This document shows, piece after piece, positions 1 through 9,843 of a stretch of 33,221 bases of DNA. The stretch is from the NCBI GenBank assembly GCA_041288095.1, contig JBGGMJ010000076.1:1-33221 (forward strand), in the 5' to 3' direction. How positions within the stretch are numbered: position 1 is the first letter of the stretch; every line of letters starts with the position of its first letter. The translations under genes and the position numbers were made by a program. The notes beneath the pieces are model-generated. The model had not been told where the DNA came from, did not search any database, and saw only the letters and a list, made by a program, of their open reading frames with translations. The stretch comes from Myxococcota bacterium. Lineage in GTDB: Bacteria; Myxococcota; XYA12-FULL-58-9; JALHOP01.

Positions 1-2
1 CG

Positions 3-1286
3 GTGCTGCCGGACGGCCTCATCGATAGGATGCTCGCCGCGACCCGCCCAGAAGAGGTCGCGCCGGCGCCGAGAGCCGCGGCGGCGTCGGCGGAAAAGGA
101 AGCCGCGGCAAAGAACGATCACATCCCGACAGTGCGCGTGCGCACCGACGTCCTCGACAATCTGATCGACGCGGTCGGTGAGCTCATCATCAAGCGTGGT
201 CAGCTGCGCACCGCCTTGAAGAACGTCATGACACCCGATGTCCGCGCCGCCTTGGACGAGCTCGACGGCCGAGTTCGCGACGTGCAGGCTCGCGCCTTGG
301 CCGTCCGTATGACGCCATTGCGGACGTTGACCGACCGCTATCCGCGTGTCGTGCGCGACACGGCCCGCTCGCTGGGGAAAGACGTACGCTGCATCGTCGA
401 AGGGGAAGGACTCGAGATGGATCGCGCCATCTTGGAGAACCTCGACACGCCGTTCGTCCATACCATCCGTAACGCCATCGACCACGGCATCGAGTCCATC
501 GGCGAGCGCAGGCAGGCGGGCAAGCCCGAGCAGGGCACGGTGACGATCACCGCGATCCGCGAGCACGACATCGCGGTCATCACCATCGCCGACGACGGTC
601 GCGGCCTCGACGCCGAGCTGCTGGTGCGCACGGCCGTCAAGAAGGGTTTGATCACCGAGGCCCAGGCATCGCTCGTCTCGAGGCAAGAGGCCTTCCAGCT
701 GGTTTGTCTGCCCGGGTTTTCGACCAAGGCGGAGGTCACCGACATCTCCGGCCGCGGCGTCGGCATGGACGCCGTTCGCGCCCACGTCGATGCGCTCGGC
801 GGGTCGCTGGACATCGACAGCGAGCTGGGTGCCGGGACCCGCATCACCATGCGTCTGCCGCTGACCCTGTCGATCATCGACGTGCTGCGGATCGATGTCG
901 CCGGACGCCGTTTCGCCGTGCCCTTGGCGCGCATAGCCGCCGTGCGTGACACCGATACCGACGTCATCAACGGGGTTGGTGGCCAACGGTTCCTCTCCGT
1001 ACGCCAGGCGCTCGCTCCCCTCCATGAGCTGTCGAGCCTGCTCGGGCTCGCCACCAAGGGCCCGGGTCGCGAGGCCGTGGTCGTCGAGGACGGCCGAAAC
1101 CTCGTGGCGCTCGCTGTCGACAAGACCGTGGCCACGCAGGAAGTGGTCGTTAAGCCCGTCGGCTGGCCCCTCGACAAGCTGGGCTGGATCTCGGGGGCGA
1201 CGGTGCTCTCGGACGGGCACCCCATCCTCATCATCGACCTGGCGAAGCTCGTCCAGACGCGAATCGCGGCGCCCGGAGGGGCCTAG
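3..1286 (+). CDS. cheA: Chemotaxis histidine kinase CheA, C-terminal part (5' end with Hpt domain lies outside the window)
   Basis: Dimerisation motif VRVRTDVLDNLIDAVGELII; N-box HTIRNAIDHGIE; G1 DDGRGLD; F/G2 PGFSTKAEVTDISGRGVGMDAV; C-terminal CheW-like domain (EVVVKP...ISGATVLSDGHPILIID). No receiver domain. Confidence 0.95.
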   Translation: MLPDGLIDRMLAATRPEEVAPAPRAAAASAEKEAAAKNDHIPTVRVRTDVLDNLIDAVGELIIKRGQLRTALKNVMTPDVRAALDELDGRVRDVQARALAVRMTPLRTLTDRYPRVVRDTARSLGKDVRCIVEGEGLEMDRAILENLDTPFVHTIRNAIDHGIESIGERRQAGKPEQGTVTITAIREHDIAVITIADDGRGLDAELLVRTAVKKGLITEAQASLVSRQEAFQLVCLPGFSTKAEVTDISGRGVGMDAVRAHVDALGGSLDIDSELGAGTRITMRLPLTLSIIDVLRIDVAGRRFAVPLARIAAVRDTDTDVINGVGGQRFLSVRQALAPLHELSSLLGLATKGPGREAVVVEDGRNLVALAVDKTVATQEVVVKPVGWPLDKLGWISGATVLSDGHPILIIDLAKLVQTRIAAPGGA

Positions 1287-1356
1287 GGCGACCTCTTGAG
1301 GCTCCTGATCCGCCGATACGTTGCTCGACCGAGGCGGCGCGGTTTACAACTTCGGT

Positions 1357-2139
1357 ATGTTCTCACGGCTTCATATCGAGCCCGTCGGCGGTGTCGCCGG
1401 CGACATGCTGCTCGCGGCGCTCATCGATTTGGGTGCCGACGTCGCCGTGGTGCGCTCCGCTTTGGCGGGTTTTCACGAGCCCGGCCTCAGTCTCACGGTC
1501 GATGAGGTCGGCGTCGCTGGTGAGCGCGCTCTCTACGTGCGCTCGCTCTTGGGCGTGCCGCAAACACGCTTTCACGCAGCCCAGACGGTGCCCCTCGTCG
1601 GCGCGGCGCCCCTGCATGCGCATCACCTTTTGGGTGACGTCCTCGGGCGCGTCAGGCGCGCGGCTCTCGACTCCGCGGTCACCGAGAGGGTGACGCACAT
1701 CTTCACGTTGCTCGCCGAAGCGGAAGCAGTCGTCCACGGCGGCGACGCCGCGACCGTCGGCCTGCACGAGGTGGGCGAGCTCGACTCGATCATGGACGTC
1801 GTCGGCATCTCGGTCGCCCTGGCGAGCCTCGGCGTACGCGAGGTGAGCTGCGCTCCGCTGCCCAGTGGCCACGGTACGGTGATGTCGAGCCACGGGGAGC
1901 TGGCGTGCCCGACCCCCGCCGTGAAAATCATTTGTGACCGCTATAACGTACCACTCGAGCCGGTGGATGTCGTGGGTGAGACCGTCACTCCTACCGGTGC
2001 CGCCGTCGTCGCCGCGGTGTGCGAGACCTTCACGCGTGAGCCCAAGGGCATGGCCACCGCCGTCAAGGTAGGTGTCGGGGCCGGCACCAAACGCTTTCCG
2101 GGACGCGCCAATGTCGTGCGCATCCACGGTTGGCGATGA
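1357..2139 (+). CDS. larC: LarC-family (nickel pincer cofactor nickel insertion) protein, N-terminal domain only
   Basis: Motifs GGVAGDMLLAALIDLG, AEAEAVVHG, LHEVGELDSIMDVVG, HGELACPTPAV, GETVTPTGAA, GVGAGTKRF..ANVVR. ATG at 1357 preferred over TTG at 1321. Confidence 0.85.
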   Translation: MFSRLHIEPVGGVAGDMLLAALIDLGADVAVVRSALAGFHEPGLSLTVDEVGVAGERALYVRSLLGVPQTRFHAAQTVPLVGAAPLHAHHLLGDVLGRVRRAALDSAVTERVTHIFTLLAEAEAVVHGGDAATVGLHEVGELDSIMDVVGISVALASLGVREVSCAPLPSGHGTVMSSHGELACPTPAVKIICDRYNVPLEPVDVVGETVTPTGAAVVAAVCETFTREPKGMATAVKVGVGAGTKRFPGRANVVRIHGWR

Positions 2140-3764
2140 GCGATTCGAGCTTCCAGGAAGCGTTGCTCGGAGTCGTCACGGAGCTCGCCGCCAAGCCCGA
2201 TCTGGGCGACGTGCTCTACTCGGCGGCACAGCTCATGGAGAAGCGCTTCCCCGCGTTCCGGGTCTCCATCGTGCTGCTCGATACCGAGCTCGGTGTCGGC
2301 TACGTCGCCCTGCACGAGCGGCCTATCGACAGCCTGGCGCTACGGCTCGCCGACTACCCCGAGCTGCGCCACGTCATACAAACGCGCGAGCCCCTGATCA
2401 TCGCCGACGTCTTCGGCGACGAGCTCATGCGCGGCGTGCGCGACAGGCTCGCCCAAGCCGAGAATCCACACCGCTCCTCCGTGCTTTTCCCGCTGGTTCG
2501 TAAGGACGAAGTCGTCGGCGCGTTGTTCCTGCGCAGCCGCGAGGTCGGGCCGACGCTCGATCCGGGTCTGTTGACGAGCGGCAGGCTGATCGCCTCGATC
2601 GCGGCGCTGGCGTTGGGCAACGCTATCGCGCACGACGTCTTGCAGCGCGAGCAAGAGCGCAGTGACCGTGAGATCGAGGGCCTCAAACAATTCTCCGAGC
2701 TCTTCGAGCAGTCGTACGACGGCATCGTCATCACCGACGGCGGCGGGGTCATTCGCTACGTCAACGACGCCGCCGCGCGTGTCGTGCAGCGACGTCAGAA
2801 GGAGCTCGTCGGCACGCGCTTCGTGACCCTCTTGAGCGCCCGCTCCGTGACGCTCGCCGAACGCGCGCTGCGGGGTGATGCCGTGGGTGACGTGCACGGA
2901 TATGTCGACCTCTTGGTCACCCGCCAAGACATGAACGAGGCGGTGATCTCCGCGGCCATCCGCCCGGTCAAGCGGCCCGACGGCGTGCTCATCACCTTCC
3001 GCGACGTCACCGAGCTCCGTGAGATCGAAAGCGAGCTGCGTCAGACCAAGGACTTCCTCGAGAACCTCATCCAGAGCTCGGTCGACGCCATCATCGCCGC
3101 CGATATCGATGGCCGCATCATCCTGTTCAACCGCGCCGCCGAGCAGCTCCTCGGCTATACCGCGCGCGAAGCAGTCGGCCGCATGAACGTGCGCGACCTT
3201 TACCCCGATGGCGAAGCGACCGATGTCATGCGCCGTTTGCGCTCCGAGGGTTATGGCGGACGCGGACGCCTCGAGCTCATGCGCAAGGAGCTGCTCGAGA
3301 AGGGCGGCGACCTCGTGCCGGTTAACCTGACGGCCGCCATCATTTACGAGGACGAGCGTGAGATCGCCACGGTCGGCATCTTCACCGACCTCCGCGAGCG
3401 CGTGCGTATGGAAGAGAAGCTCAGCCAGGTGCAGAAGAAGCTGCAGATGACCGAGCGTCAATCCGTGGCCATCGAGCTCGCTGGCGCCGCGGCTCACGAG
3501 CTCAATCAACCGCTCACCTCGATCTTGGGCTACGCCGAGATGCTCAAGTCGCGCGTGCCGGTGGCCGACAAGAATCGCAAGGCCGTCGAAGTCATCTGCC
3601 GCGAGACAGAGCGCATGGCGGGCATCGTCCGCAAAATCGGACAGATCACGTCGTACAAGACGCAGAGCTACATCGGCGCTTCGCAGATCATGGACTTCGA
3701 GGAGACGGCGGGCCGGGCACGGCGGGCCACGGCGCCACAGCCGAGTCCCAAGGACGACGAGTGA
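2136..3764 (+). CDS. GAF-PAS-PAS-HisKA sensor protein without HATPase_c domain
   Basis: N-terminal GAF; two PAS domains (DGIVITDGGGVIRYVN; DAIIAADIDGRIILFNRAAEQLLGY); H-box AAAHELNQPLTSILGY; protein ends with no N/G1/F/G2 boxes. ATG 2136 overlaps the larC TGA (ATGA). Confidence 0.85.
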   Translation: MSDSSFQEALLGVVTELAAKPDLGDVLYSAAQLMEKRFPAFRVSIVLLDTELGVGYVALHERPIDSLALRLADYPELRHVIQTREPLIIADVFGDELMRGVRDRLAQAENPHRSSVLFPLVRKDEVVGALFLRSREVGPTLDPGLLTSGRLIASIAALALGNAIAHDVLQREQERSDREIEGLKQFSELFEQSYDGIVITDGGGVIRYVNDAAARVVQRRQKELVGTRFVTLLSARSVTLAERALRGDAVGDVHGYVDLLVTRQDMNEAVISAAIRPVKRPDGVLITFRDVTELREIESELRQTKDFLENLIQSSVDAIIAADIDGRIILFNRAAEQLLGYTAREAVGRMNVRDLYPDGEATDVMRRLRSEGYGGRGRLELMRKELLEKGGDLVPVNLTAAIIYEDEREIATVGIFTDLRERVRMEEKLSQVQKKLQMTERQSVAIELAGAAAHELNQPLTSILGYAEMLKSRVPVADKNRKAVEVICRETERMAGIVRKIGQITSYKTQSYIGASQIMDFEETAGRARRATAPQPSPKDDE

Positions 3765-3804
3765 GCCGATAGGGGCGAGCGAGGCGCGCGTCCGCCCACG
3801 CGGT

Positions 3805-4173
3805 CTAGCCGACCGCAATCCACCATGCGCCCGCGAGCAGCACGACATTCGCCAAGACCATGAGCCGCGGCGACCACAAGAGGTCCCGCGCCTTGGTGAG
3901 CTCGATGGCGTTCATCGTGACCACGAGCAAGGTTTGAGTCGCGGCGCACAACGTGGGCGCCATGGCGGACAAGACCCAGAGCCCGACGAGAATCTCGCCC
4001 ACGCCGATGAGGCGCGTGAGCCAGGGAGCGACGCGCTCGCCAAGCAGGCGTGCCACGATACGCTCATGGCGCGGCACCAGGCGCAGGAGCTTGAAGCCTA
4101 GCCCGAAGACCAGCCACACCCCCGCGACGACGACGCGAATCGCCGTCGCGAGATCGATGGTCAACGAGCCCAA
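3805..4173 (-). CDS. DoxX-like family membrane protein
   Basis: About four hydrophobic segments; motifs [21 protein letters not shown] and [13 protein letters not shown]. Start uncertain. Confidence 0.65.
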   Translation of the reverse strand: MGSLTIDLATAIRVVVAGVWLVFGLGFKLLRLVPRHERIVARLLGERVAPWLTRLIGVGEILVGLWVLSAMAPTLCAATQTLLVVTMNAIELTKARDLLWSPRLMVLANVVLLAGAWWIAVG

Positions 4174-4177
4174 TCAG

Positions 4178-5143
<966 letters not shown>

Positions 5144-5145
5144 GA

Positions 5146-5940
5146 TCAGATCACCTTCGCTTCGTTGTGGAGCTTGTCGAAGAGGGTCGCGACGTCCGGC
5201 ACCTTGATGCCGGCCTTACGCTCCTTCGGGGGTTCGAGCTTGACGACTTTGACGCGCGCGGAGGCATCCTGGACGAGCTCGGCGAGCTTCATCTCCTGCA
5301 CCGGCTTCTTCTTGGCCTTCATGATGCCGGGCAGCGATGCGTAGCGCGGCAGGTTCAAGCGCAGCTCGGTCGTGATGATGCAGGGCATGGCGAGCGACAG
5401 GGTCTCGAGACCGCCGTCGACCTCGCGGACGACGTCGCAGCGGCCGTTGGCGATCTTGAGCGCCGGCTGCTTGCTCTTCTCGGCGTCCGATTCGAGGCTC
5501 TCTTCTTTCGAGGCGAAGGTGCCTTGGCCCCAACCGAGCAGCTCGGCGAGCATGGCGCCCACTTGGCCCTGGTCGTCATCGACGGCTTGCTTGCCGAGGA
5601 TGACGAGGTCGGGCTTCTCTGCCTCGATGACCTTCTTGAACGCCTTGGCCGCCATCATCGGATCGACGGCACCGTCGGCGAGCACGTGGACGCCGCGGTC
5701 GGCGCCCATGGCGAGCGCGGTGCGGAGCTGTTGCTGCGCATCGGCGACACCAATGGTCGCGACCACGACTTCGCCGCTACCCGAGGCATCACGCACGCGA
5801 AGCGCCTCTTCGACGGCAATTTCGTCGAAGGGATTGACGACGTACTTCATCTGGTCGGTGACGATCCCCGACCCGTCAGGCTTGACCTTGATTTTGACTT
5901 CGTAATCTTCGACGCGCTTGACGGTGACTAGAACCTTCAC
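5146..5940 (-). CDS. etfB: Electron transfer flavoprotein subunit beta
   Basis: KVLVTVKRVED, NPFDEIAVEEALR, ALAMGAD, LGKQAVDDD, REVDGGLE, LNLPRYASLPGIMKAKKK; GTG start; directly upstream of etfA. Confidence 0.97.
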   Translation of the reverse strand: MKVLVTVKRVEDYEVKIKVKPDGSGIVTDQMKYVVNPFDEIAVEEALRVRDASGSGEVVVATIGVADAQQQLRTALAMGADRGVHVLADGAVDPMMAAKAFKKVIEAEKPDLVILGKQAVDDDQGQVGAMLAELLGWGQGTFASKEESLESDAEKSKQPALKIANGRCDVVREVDGGLETLSLAMPCIITTELRLNLPRYASLPGIMKAKKKPVQEMKLAELVQDASARVKVVKLEPPKERKAGIKVPDVATLFDKLHNEAKVI

Positions 5941-6001
5941 GGTGGCTCACTTTCCGCGATAGCAGACAGGCCGATCCGCGAACCCGCGGTACGGCTGGCG
6001 G

Positions 6002-6030
6002 AAACTATGAAGGACAATGCAGTGTGTCAA
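6002..6030 (-). promoter_or_regulatory. sigma70-type promoter of etfBA
   Basis: Minus strand TTGACA (6030-6025), 17-nt spacer, TAGTTT (6007-6002), about 60 nt upstream of etfB. Confidence 0.7.
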
Positions 6031-6076
6031 GCACCCCCGTGGTGTATGGAGAAACCGGAAAATGGGGAGGGTTTGC

Positions 6077-6283
6077 ATGCGTTCCAAGCTCGGTTGGTTG
6101 GTGGTCGCCGCGCTCGTTGGGGGCTTCGCGGTGGTTGCCTGTGGTGATGACGACGAAGACTGCGCCGGTGAGATCCTCAACAGCTGCGCCGATTGTGAGT
6201 GCACGCCACCGCGGGAAGCTACGTGCACGGCCCATCCCAAGGGCGACGCCTACGCGCGTGAGCGCTGCTGCGTTTGTGAATGA
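6077..6283 (+). CDS. Small Cys-rich lipoprotein
   Basis: SD GGGGAGG before ATG 6077; signal MRSKLGWLVVAALVGGFAVVA-C; 8 further Cys in a ~47-aa mature part. Confidence 0.7.
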   Translation: MRSKLGWLVVAALVGGFAVVACGDDDEDCAGEILNSCADCECTPPREATCTAHPKGDAYARERCCVCE

Positions 6284-6600
6284 GGCGGCATCTGGGCTGG
6301 CTTTCGCTTTTTCTGTTTCTCGCCGGGTGCTCCGATTCGGGCTCGGTCGTCGTGTCGGACGATTGCCACGCGAGCTGTGACAATGATGTCGCCTGTGGCG
6401 TCGACCGGGATCAGTGCCTGACCGATTGCGACGACATCGCTTTCGTCGCCATCGAAGTGGGCTGCGGCGACACCGCCAGGGACTACTTCGCGTGCGCCGC
6501 TCGGACCACCGCCTGCGGTGGTGAGCGCGACGCTACCTGCGCGAGCTTTGCCGATGCCTATGAAGACTGCATCTGCTCCGCGGTCCAGTGCGCTAGCTAG
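6280..6600 (+). CDS. Small Cys-rich lipoprotein
   Basis: ATGA overlap with the previous gene; lipobox FLAG-C; 12 further Cys; acidic. Confidence 0.75.
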   Translation: MRRHLGWLSLFLFLAGCSDSGSVVVSDDCHASCDNDVACGVDRDQCLTDCDDIAFVAIEVGCGDTARDYFACAARTTACGGERDATCASFADAYEDCICSAVQCAS

Positions 6601-7298
6601 GACAGCGCCAGCGGTGGCTTTGCCGCCGTGGGCTCGGCGCCGTCCGCGGCCTTGCGTATGGCGCCGATCACGCTCGCGTAGTCGTGGCCGAAGATAGCCG
6701 AGCCGGCGACGAAGGCGCTGGCGCCGGCGGCCGCGACCCTCGCCGCGTTCTTGGCGTCGATGCCGCCGTCGACCGAGATGCGTAGCTTCAAGCCCCGGGC
6801 GTCGACGAGGTCACGGAGCGCTTCGATCTTGGGAAGCATCTCCGCGATGAAGGACTGGCCGCCGAAGCCGGGATTGACGGTCATCACCAGCACCTGATCG
6901 ATCATGTGCAGGACGTGCACGATGCTCGTGAGCGGGCTCGACGGGTTCAAGACCACGCCCGGCGAGCAGCCGAGCTCGCGGATCCGCGTAAGCGTACGGT
7001 GGAGATGGAGGCTGGCTTCGGGATGCACCAGCAAGTGGTTGGCGCCCGCGTCGGCGTACTGAGCGATCGATTCCTCGGGTTTTTCGATCATCAAGTGGAC
7101 GTCGAAGGGCAGCTTCGTCGTCTTGCGGAGCGCTTTGATGACCGGTGGACCGAAGGTGAGGTTCGGCACGAAGTGGCCGTCCATCACGTCGAGGTGGATC
7201 CAGTCGGCGCCGGCTTTCTCGACAGCGGCGATTTCCTCGCCGAGGCGCGTGAAATCGGCGGACAGGACCGAAGGCGCGATGATCGCTTTGGGCCGCAT
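6597..7298 (-). CDS. rpe: Ribulose-phosphate 3-epimerase
   Basis: IAPSVLSADF, WIHLDVMDGHFVPNLTFG, FDVHLMI, MTVNPGFGGQSF, VDGGI, FVAGSAIF. Confidence 0.97.
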   Translation of the reverse strand: MRPKAIIAPSVLSADFTRLGEEIAAVEKAGADWIHLDVMDGHFVPNLTFGPPVIKALRKTTKLPFDVHLMIEKPEESIAQYADAGANHLLVHPEASLHLHRTLTRIRELGCSPGVVLNPSSPLTSIVHVLHMIDQVLVMTVNPGFGGQSFIAEMLPKIEALRDLVDARGLKLRISVDGGIDAKNAARVAAAGASAFVAGSAIFGHDYASVIGAIRKAADGAEPTAAKPPLALS

Positions 7299-7309
7299 TG
7301 GCCGGACGA

Positions 7310-8623
7310 CTAGAGCACGATGAGCTCGTCGGCGTCGAGGACCTCATGATCGTCGTGTGCGGCTTGCGTCGCTTTCAGGCGATCGGCCGACAACCCCTGC
7401 AGGTATGCATGCACGTCGGGGTGCTTCTTGAGCACGTCCTGGAAGTCGTTGCGCGGCAAGAAGAGCGCGCCGACCAACGAGTGGGCGACGACCGTCGCGT
7501 TCGCTGGCTGGCTGTGCAGCAAGCTGATCTCACCGACGACCTGACCGGGTCCGAGGTTCGCCACGGTGACCACGTCGCCGCCGTCCTTTTGCACGTTCAC
7601 CTGCACGTCGCCGGTCGCGACCACGAACAGGCCCTGGCCTTCCTGGCCCTGGGTGATGAGCTTCGAGCCCGGCTGGTAGCCGACACGCTTGAAGCGGTCG
7701 ATGAGCGAGTAGCGCGCCTCGTCATCGAACTTGGCGAACAAGGGGGAGGTGCGCAGGAGATTGCCGATGATGCGCTTGCGGCAATACTCGACCAGCTCCT
7801 CGGCGACGCGCGGCTTGGCTTTGGCGAGCTGTTCGACGTCGCTGCGCGCCAGCTCGAAGATCTCGACCTCTTCGTGCGCGATGACGGTCGCCGAGCGCGG
7901 CGCGCCGGTGAGTAGCGCCATCTCGCCGAGCACCATGCCCGGTCCGAGCTTGGCGAGCTGATGACCGCCTTTTTCGACGCGGACGTGGCCGCTGGCGACG
8001 ATGAGGAGCGTGCTACCCGACTCGCCTTCGGTGAGAAGCTTGGTGCCGGCGCTGAGCCGCTTGTAGTGCAGGCGCTTCACGGTCTCGACGAAGGCCTCCT
8101 CGTCGAGCTCGGAGAACAGCGGCATCGGCAGCGGGATCGCCGCTTCCCCGGCCGGCGAGAAATTGAGACCGATCTGAGCGATCTTCTCGAAGCGCTCGGC
8201 GGGTTGGAGCTTGAGCAGATCGTCAGCGCGCACCGAGCTGGCGTCGCGCGGCTTCGACTTGAGCGCCGGGGGTGTCGCGAGGTTACCCGCCTTGGCGCGG
8301 ACGCCGCGGACGTGGATGCGGCCGAGGGTCGCGAGCAGTGAAGCGTCACTGGGCGCGCGCTCGATGCCCTGGCGAATCACCACCATCGCGGGGAGCAGGT
8401 AGCCATCGTGAGCCAAACGGTCCGCCAGGGCGCGCATGATCTTCAGCGCCGCCGCCGGTTGTCCGGCGTCACCGAGCACGACGGCCAGCGCCAAGCGTGT
8501 GTTGCGGTCATCCGGCGAGAGGGTGACCAGCTCGGCCAGATAGCAAGCGGCGTCAGCCGGTTTTCCCGCGCGCAGGGCTTCGTCGACGCGCGAACGCGTT
8601 GCACCCGTCGTGTCGTTGCTCAT
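7310..8623 (-). CDS. Protein with helical (TPR-like) N-terminus and two cyclic-nucleotide-binding domains
   Basis: Two CNB repeats (PLFSEL...EGESG...GEMALLTGAPRSATV; PLFAKF...QGQEG...GEISLLHSQPANATV); no HTH. ATG 8623 chosen. Confidence 0.85.
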   Translation of the reverse strand: MSNDTTGATRSRVDEALRAGKPADAACYLAELVTLSPDDRNTRLALAVVLGDAGQPAAALKIMRALADRLAHDGYLLPAMVVIRQGIERAPSDASLLATLGRIHVRGVRAKAGNLATPPALKSKPRDASSVRADDLLKLQPAERFEKIAQIGLNFSPAGEAAIPLPMPLFSELDEEAFVETVKRLHYKRLSAGTKLLTEGESGSTLLIVASGHVRVEKGGHQLAKLGPGMVLGEMALLTGAPRSATVIAHEEVEIFELARSDVEQLAKAKPRVAEELVEYCRKRIIGNLLRTSPLFAKFDDEARYSLIDRFKRVGYQPGSKLITQGQEGQGLFVVATGDVQVNVQKDGGDVVTVANLGPGQVVGEISLLHSQPANATVVAHSLVGALFLPRNDFQDVLKKHPDVHAYLQGLSADRLKATQAAHDDHEVLDADELIVL

Positions 8624-8705
8624 GGGACGAAGCTTCCAAGGTTGTGGGCGCGACTTCAAGTTTATGTACGGATTGCACCCACACGGTTCGCGGTTGCCAA
8701 TGCGT

Positions 8706-8729
8706 TATCAAAGTGATATCACTTTGATA
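8706..8729. promoter_or_regulatory. Perfect 24-bp palindrome, probable operator overlapping the SPFH promoter
   Basis: TATCAAAGTGATATCACTTTGATA is its own reverse complement; overlaps a possible TTGCCA(8694)-17-TATCAC(8717) promoter; 21 nt before the SPFH ATG. Confidence 0.75.
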
Positions 8730-8750
8730 CCAATAACGGAGGTTGGCGCC

Positions 8751-9635
8751 ATGAGCTCCACCGCTGCGGTCCCGACAGAGAAGCGTAAGAGTGCCTTGCC
8801 CGGTTTGCCCATGATCTTCCTCGCCTTCGTCATCGGCGTGGTCGGCGCGTTCATGATCTTCAATCGCGCCGTCGACCCCGACGAGGTGCCCTTCGCCATG
8901 GGCGCGCTCGTCGTCATCGAGCTGTTCATCTTGCGCGGCATCTTCGTGCTCGCACCCAACGAAGCGCGCATCTTGCTGCTCTTCGGCACATACAAGGGCA
9001 CCGTGGCGGGCCAGGGCATGCACTGGGTGAACCCGTTCACGACGCGAATGCCGACGAACCTCCGTGCCAACAGCTTCGAGAGCAACAAGCTCAAGGTGAA
9101 CGACTTCGACGGCAATCCCATCGAGATCGCAGCCATCATCGTCTATCGCATCGTCGACACCGCTAAAGCGGCCTTCGCCGTCGACGACAGCCGTCATTAC
9201 ATGCAGGTGCAGAGCGAGTCGGGCTTGCGCAGTCTTGCCAGCCACTACCCCTACGACTGCGAAGACCACGACAAGCCGTCGCTGCGCGGCAGCATCGACA
9301 TCGTCGCCGAGAAGCTCAAACACGAGCTGCAGCAACGGGTCGCCATGGCCGGCCTGCAGATCGTCGAGGCGCGCATCAGCTTCCTCGCCTACGCGCCCGA
9401 GATCGCGCACGCCATGCTGCAACGCCAGCAAGCCGCCGCCATCATCGCGGCGCGCCAGAAGATAGTCGAAGGCGCGGTTGGCATGGTCGAGAGCGCGCTC
9501 GATCTCCTGGCGAAGAAACAGGTCGTGCAGCTCGACGAGGAGCGCAAGGCGCAGATGGTCTCGAACCTACTGGTCGTGCTGTGCGGCGAGCGCGGTACCC
9601 AGGCCGTCGTCAACGCCGGCACGCTCTACGGCTAA
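8751..9635 (+). CDS. SPFH/band-7 domain membrane protein
   Basis: SD GGAGG; two TM helices; motifs [93 protein letters not shown]. Confidence 0.93.
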   Translation: MSSTAAVPTEKRKSALPGLPMIFLAFVIGVVGAFMIFNRAVDPDEVPFAMGALVVIELFILRGIFVLAPNEARILLLFGTYKGTVAGQGMHWVNPFTTRMPTNLRANSFESNKLKVNDFDGNPIEIAAIIVYRIVDTAKAAFAVDDSRHYMQVQSESGLRSLASHYPYDCEDHDKPSLRGSIDIVAEKLKHELQQRVAMAGLQIVEARISFLAYAPEIAHAMLQRQQAAAIIAARQKIVEGAVGMVESALDLLAKKQVVQLDEERKAQMVSNLLVVLCGERGTQAVVNAGTLYG

Positions 9636-9640
9636 AGCGC

Positions 9641-9808
9641 ATGGCCGAGCGAAAAGCTTTCCTCTTGCGCATCGACCCGCAGGTGCTCGCGGCCTTGCAG
9701 CGCTGGGCCGATGACGAATTGCGTAGCTTGAACGGCCAGATCGAGTTCGTCCTGCGGCGTGCGATCGCCGACGCAGGACGAGTGCCAAAGAAACAGCCCA
9801 AGCAGTGA
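9641..9808 (+). CDS. Arc-like ribbon-helix-helix DNA-binding protein
   Basis: MAERKAFLLRIDPQVLAALQRWADDELRSLNGQIEFVLRRA: beta strand (FLLRID) plus two helices with the RSxNxxI Arc signature; 5 nt after the SPFH stop. Confidence 0.85.
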   Translation: MAERKAFLLRIDPQVLAALQRWADDELRSLNGQIEFVLRRAIADAGRVPKKQPKQ

Positions 9809-9843
9809 CAACGTGGCACCGCGCCACACCGATACTGTTCTTC

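Noticed and set aside
2100-2140. Programmed frameshift extending larC into a LarC2 domain
   Set aside because: No slippery run seen, and the downstream sequence encodes a GAF domain.
3765-3772. GCCGATAG after the HisKA gene and GCCGATAC inside etfA
   Set aside because: Not upstream of a co-oriented gene; they show that the short core also arises by chance.
2340-3848. Long antisense or alternate-frame ORFs (e.g. 2340-3848, 10096-11109, 11283-12722, 15433-16605, 25618-26706, 31285-32703)
   Set aside because: They shadow well-supported genes on the opposite strand, as expected in high-GC DNA, and have no recognisable motifs.
5470-5520. Charged insertion in EtfB (KEESLESDAEKSKQP)
   Set aside because: Probably a lineage-specific surface loop; no functional inference possible from sequence.
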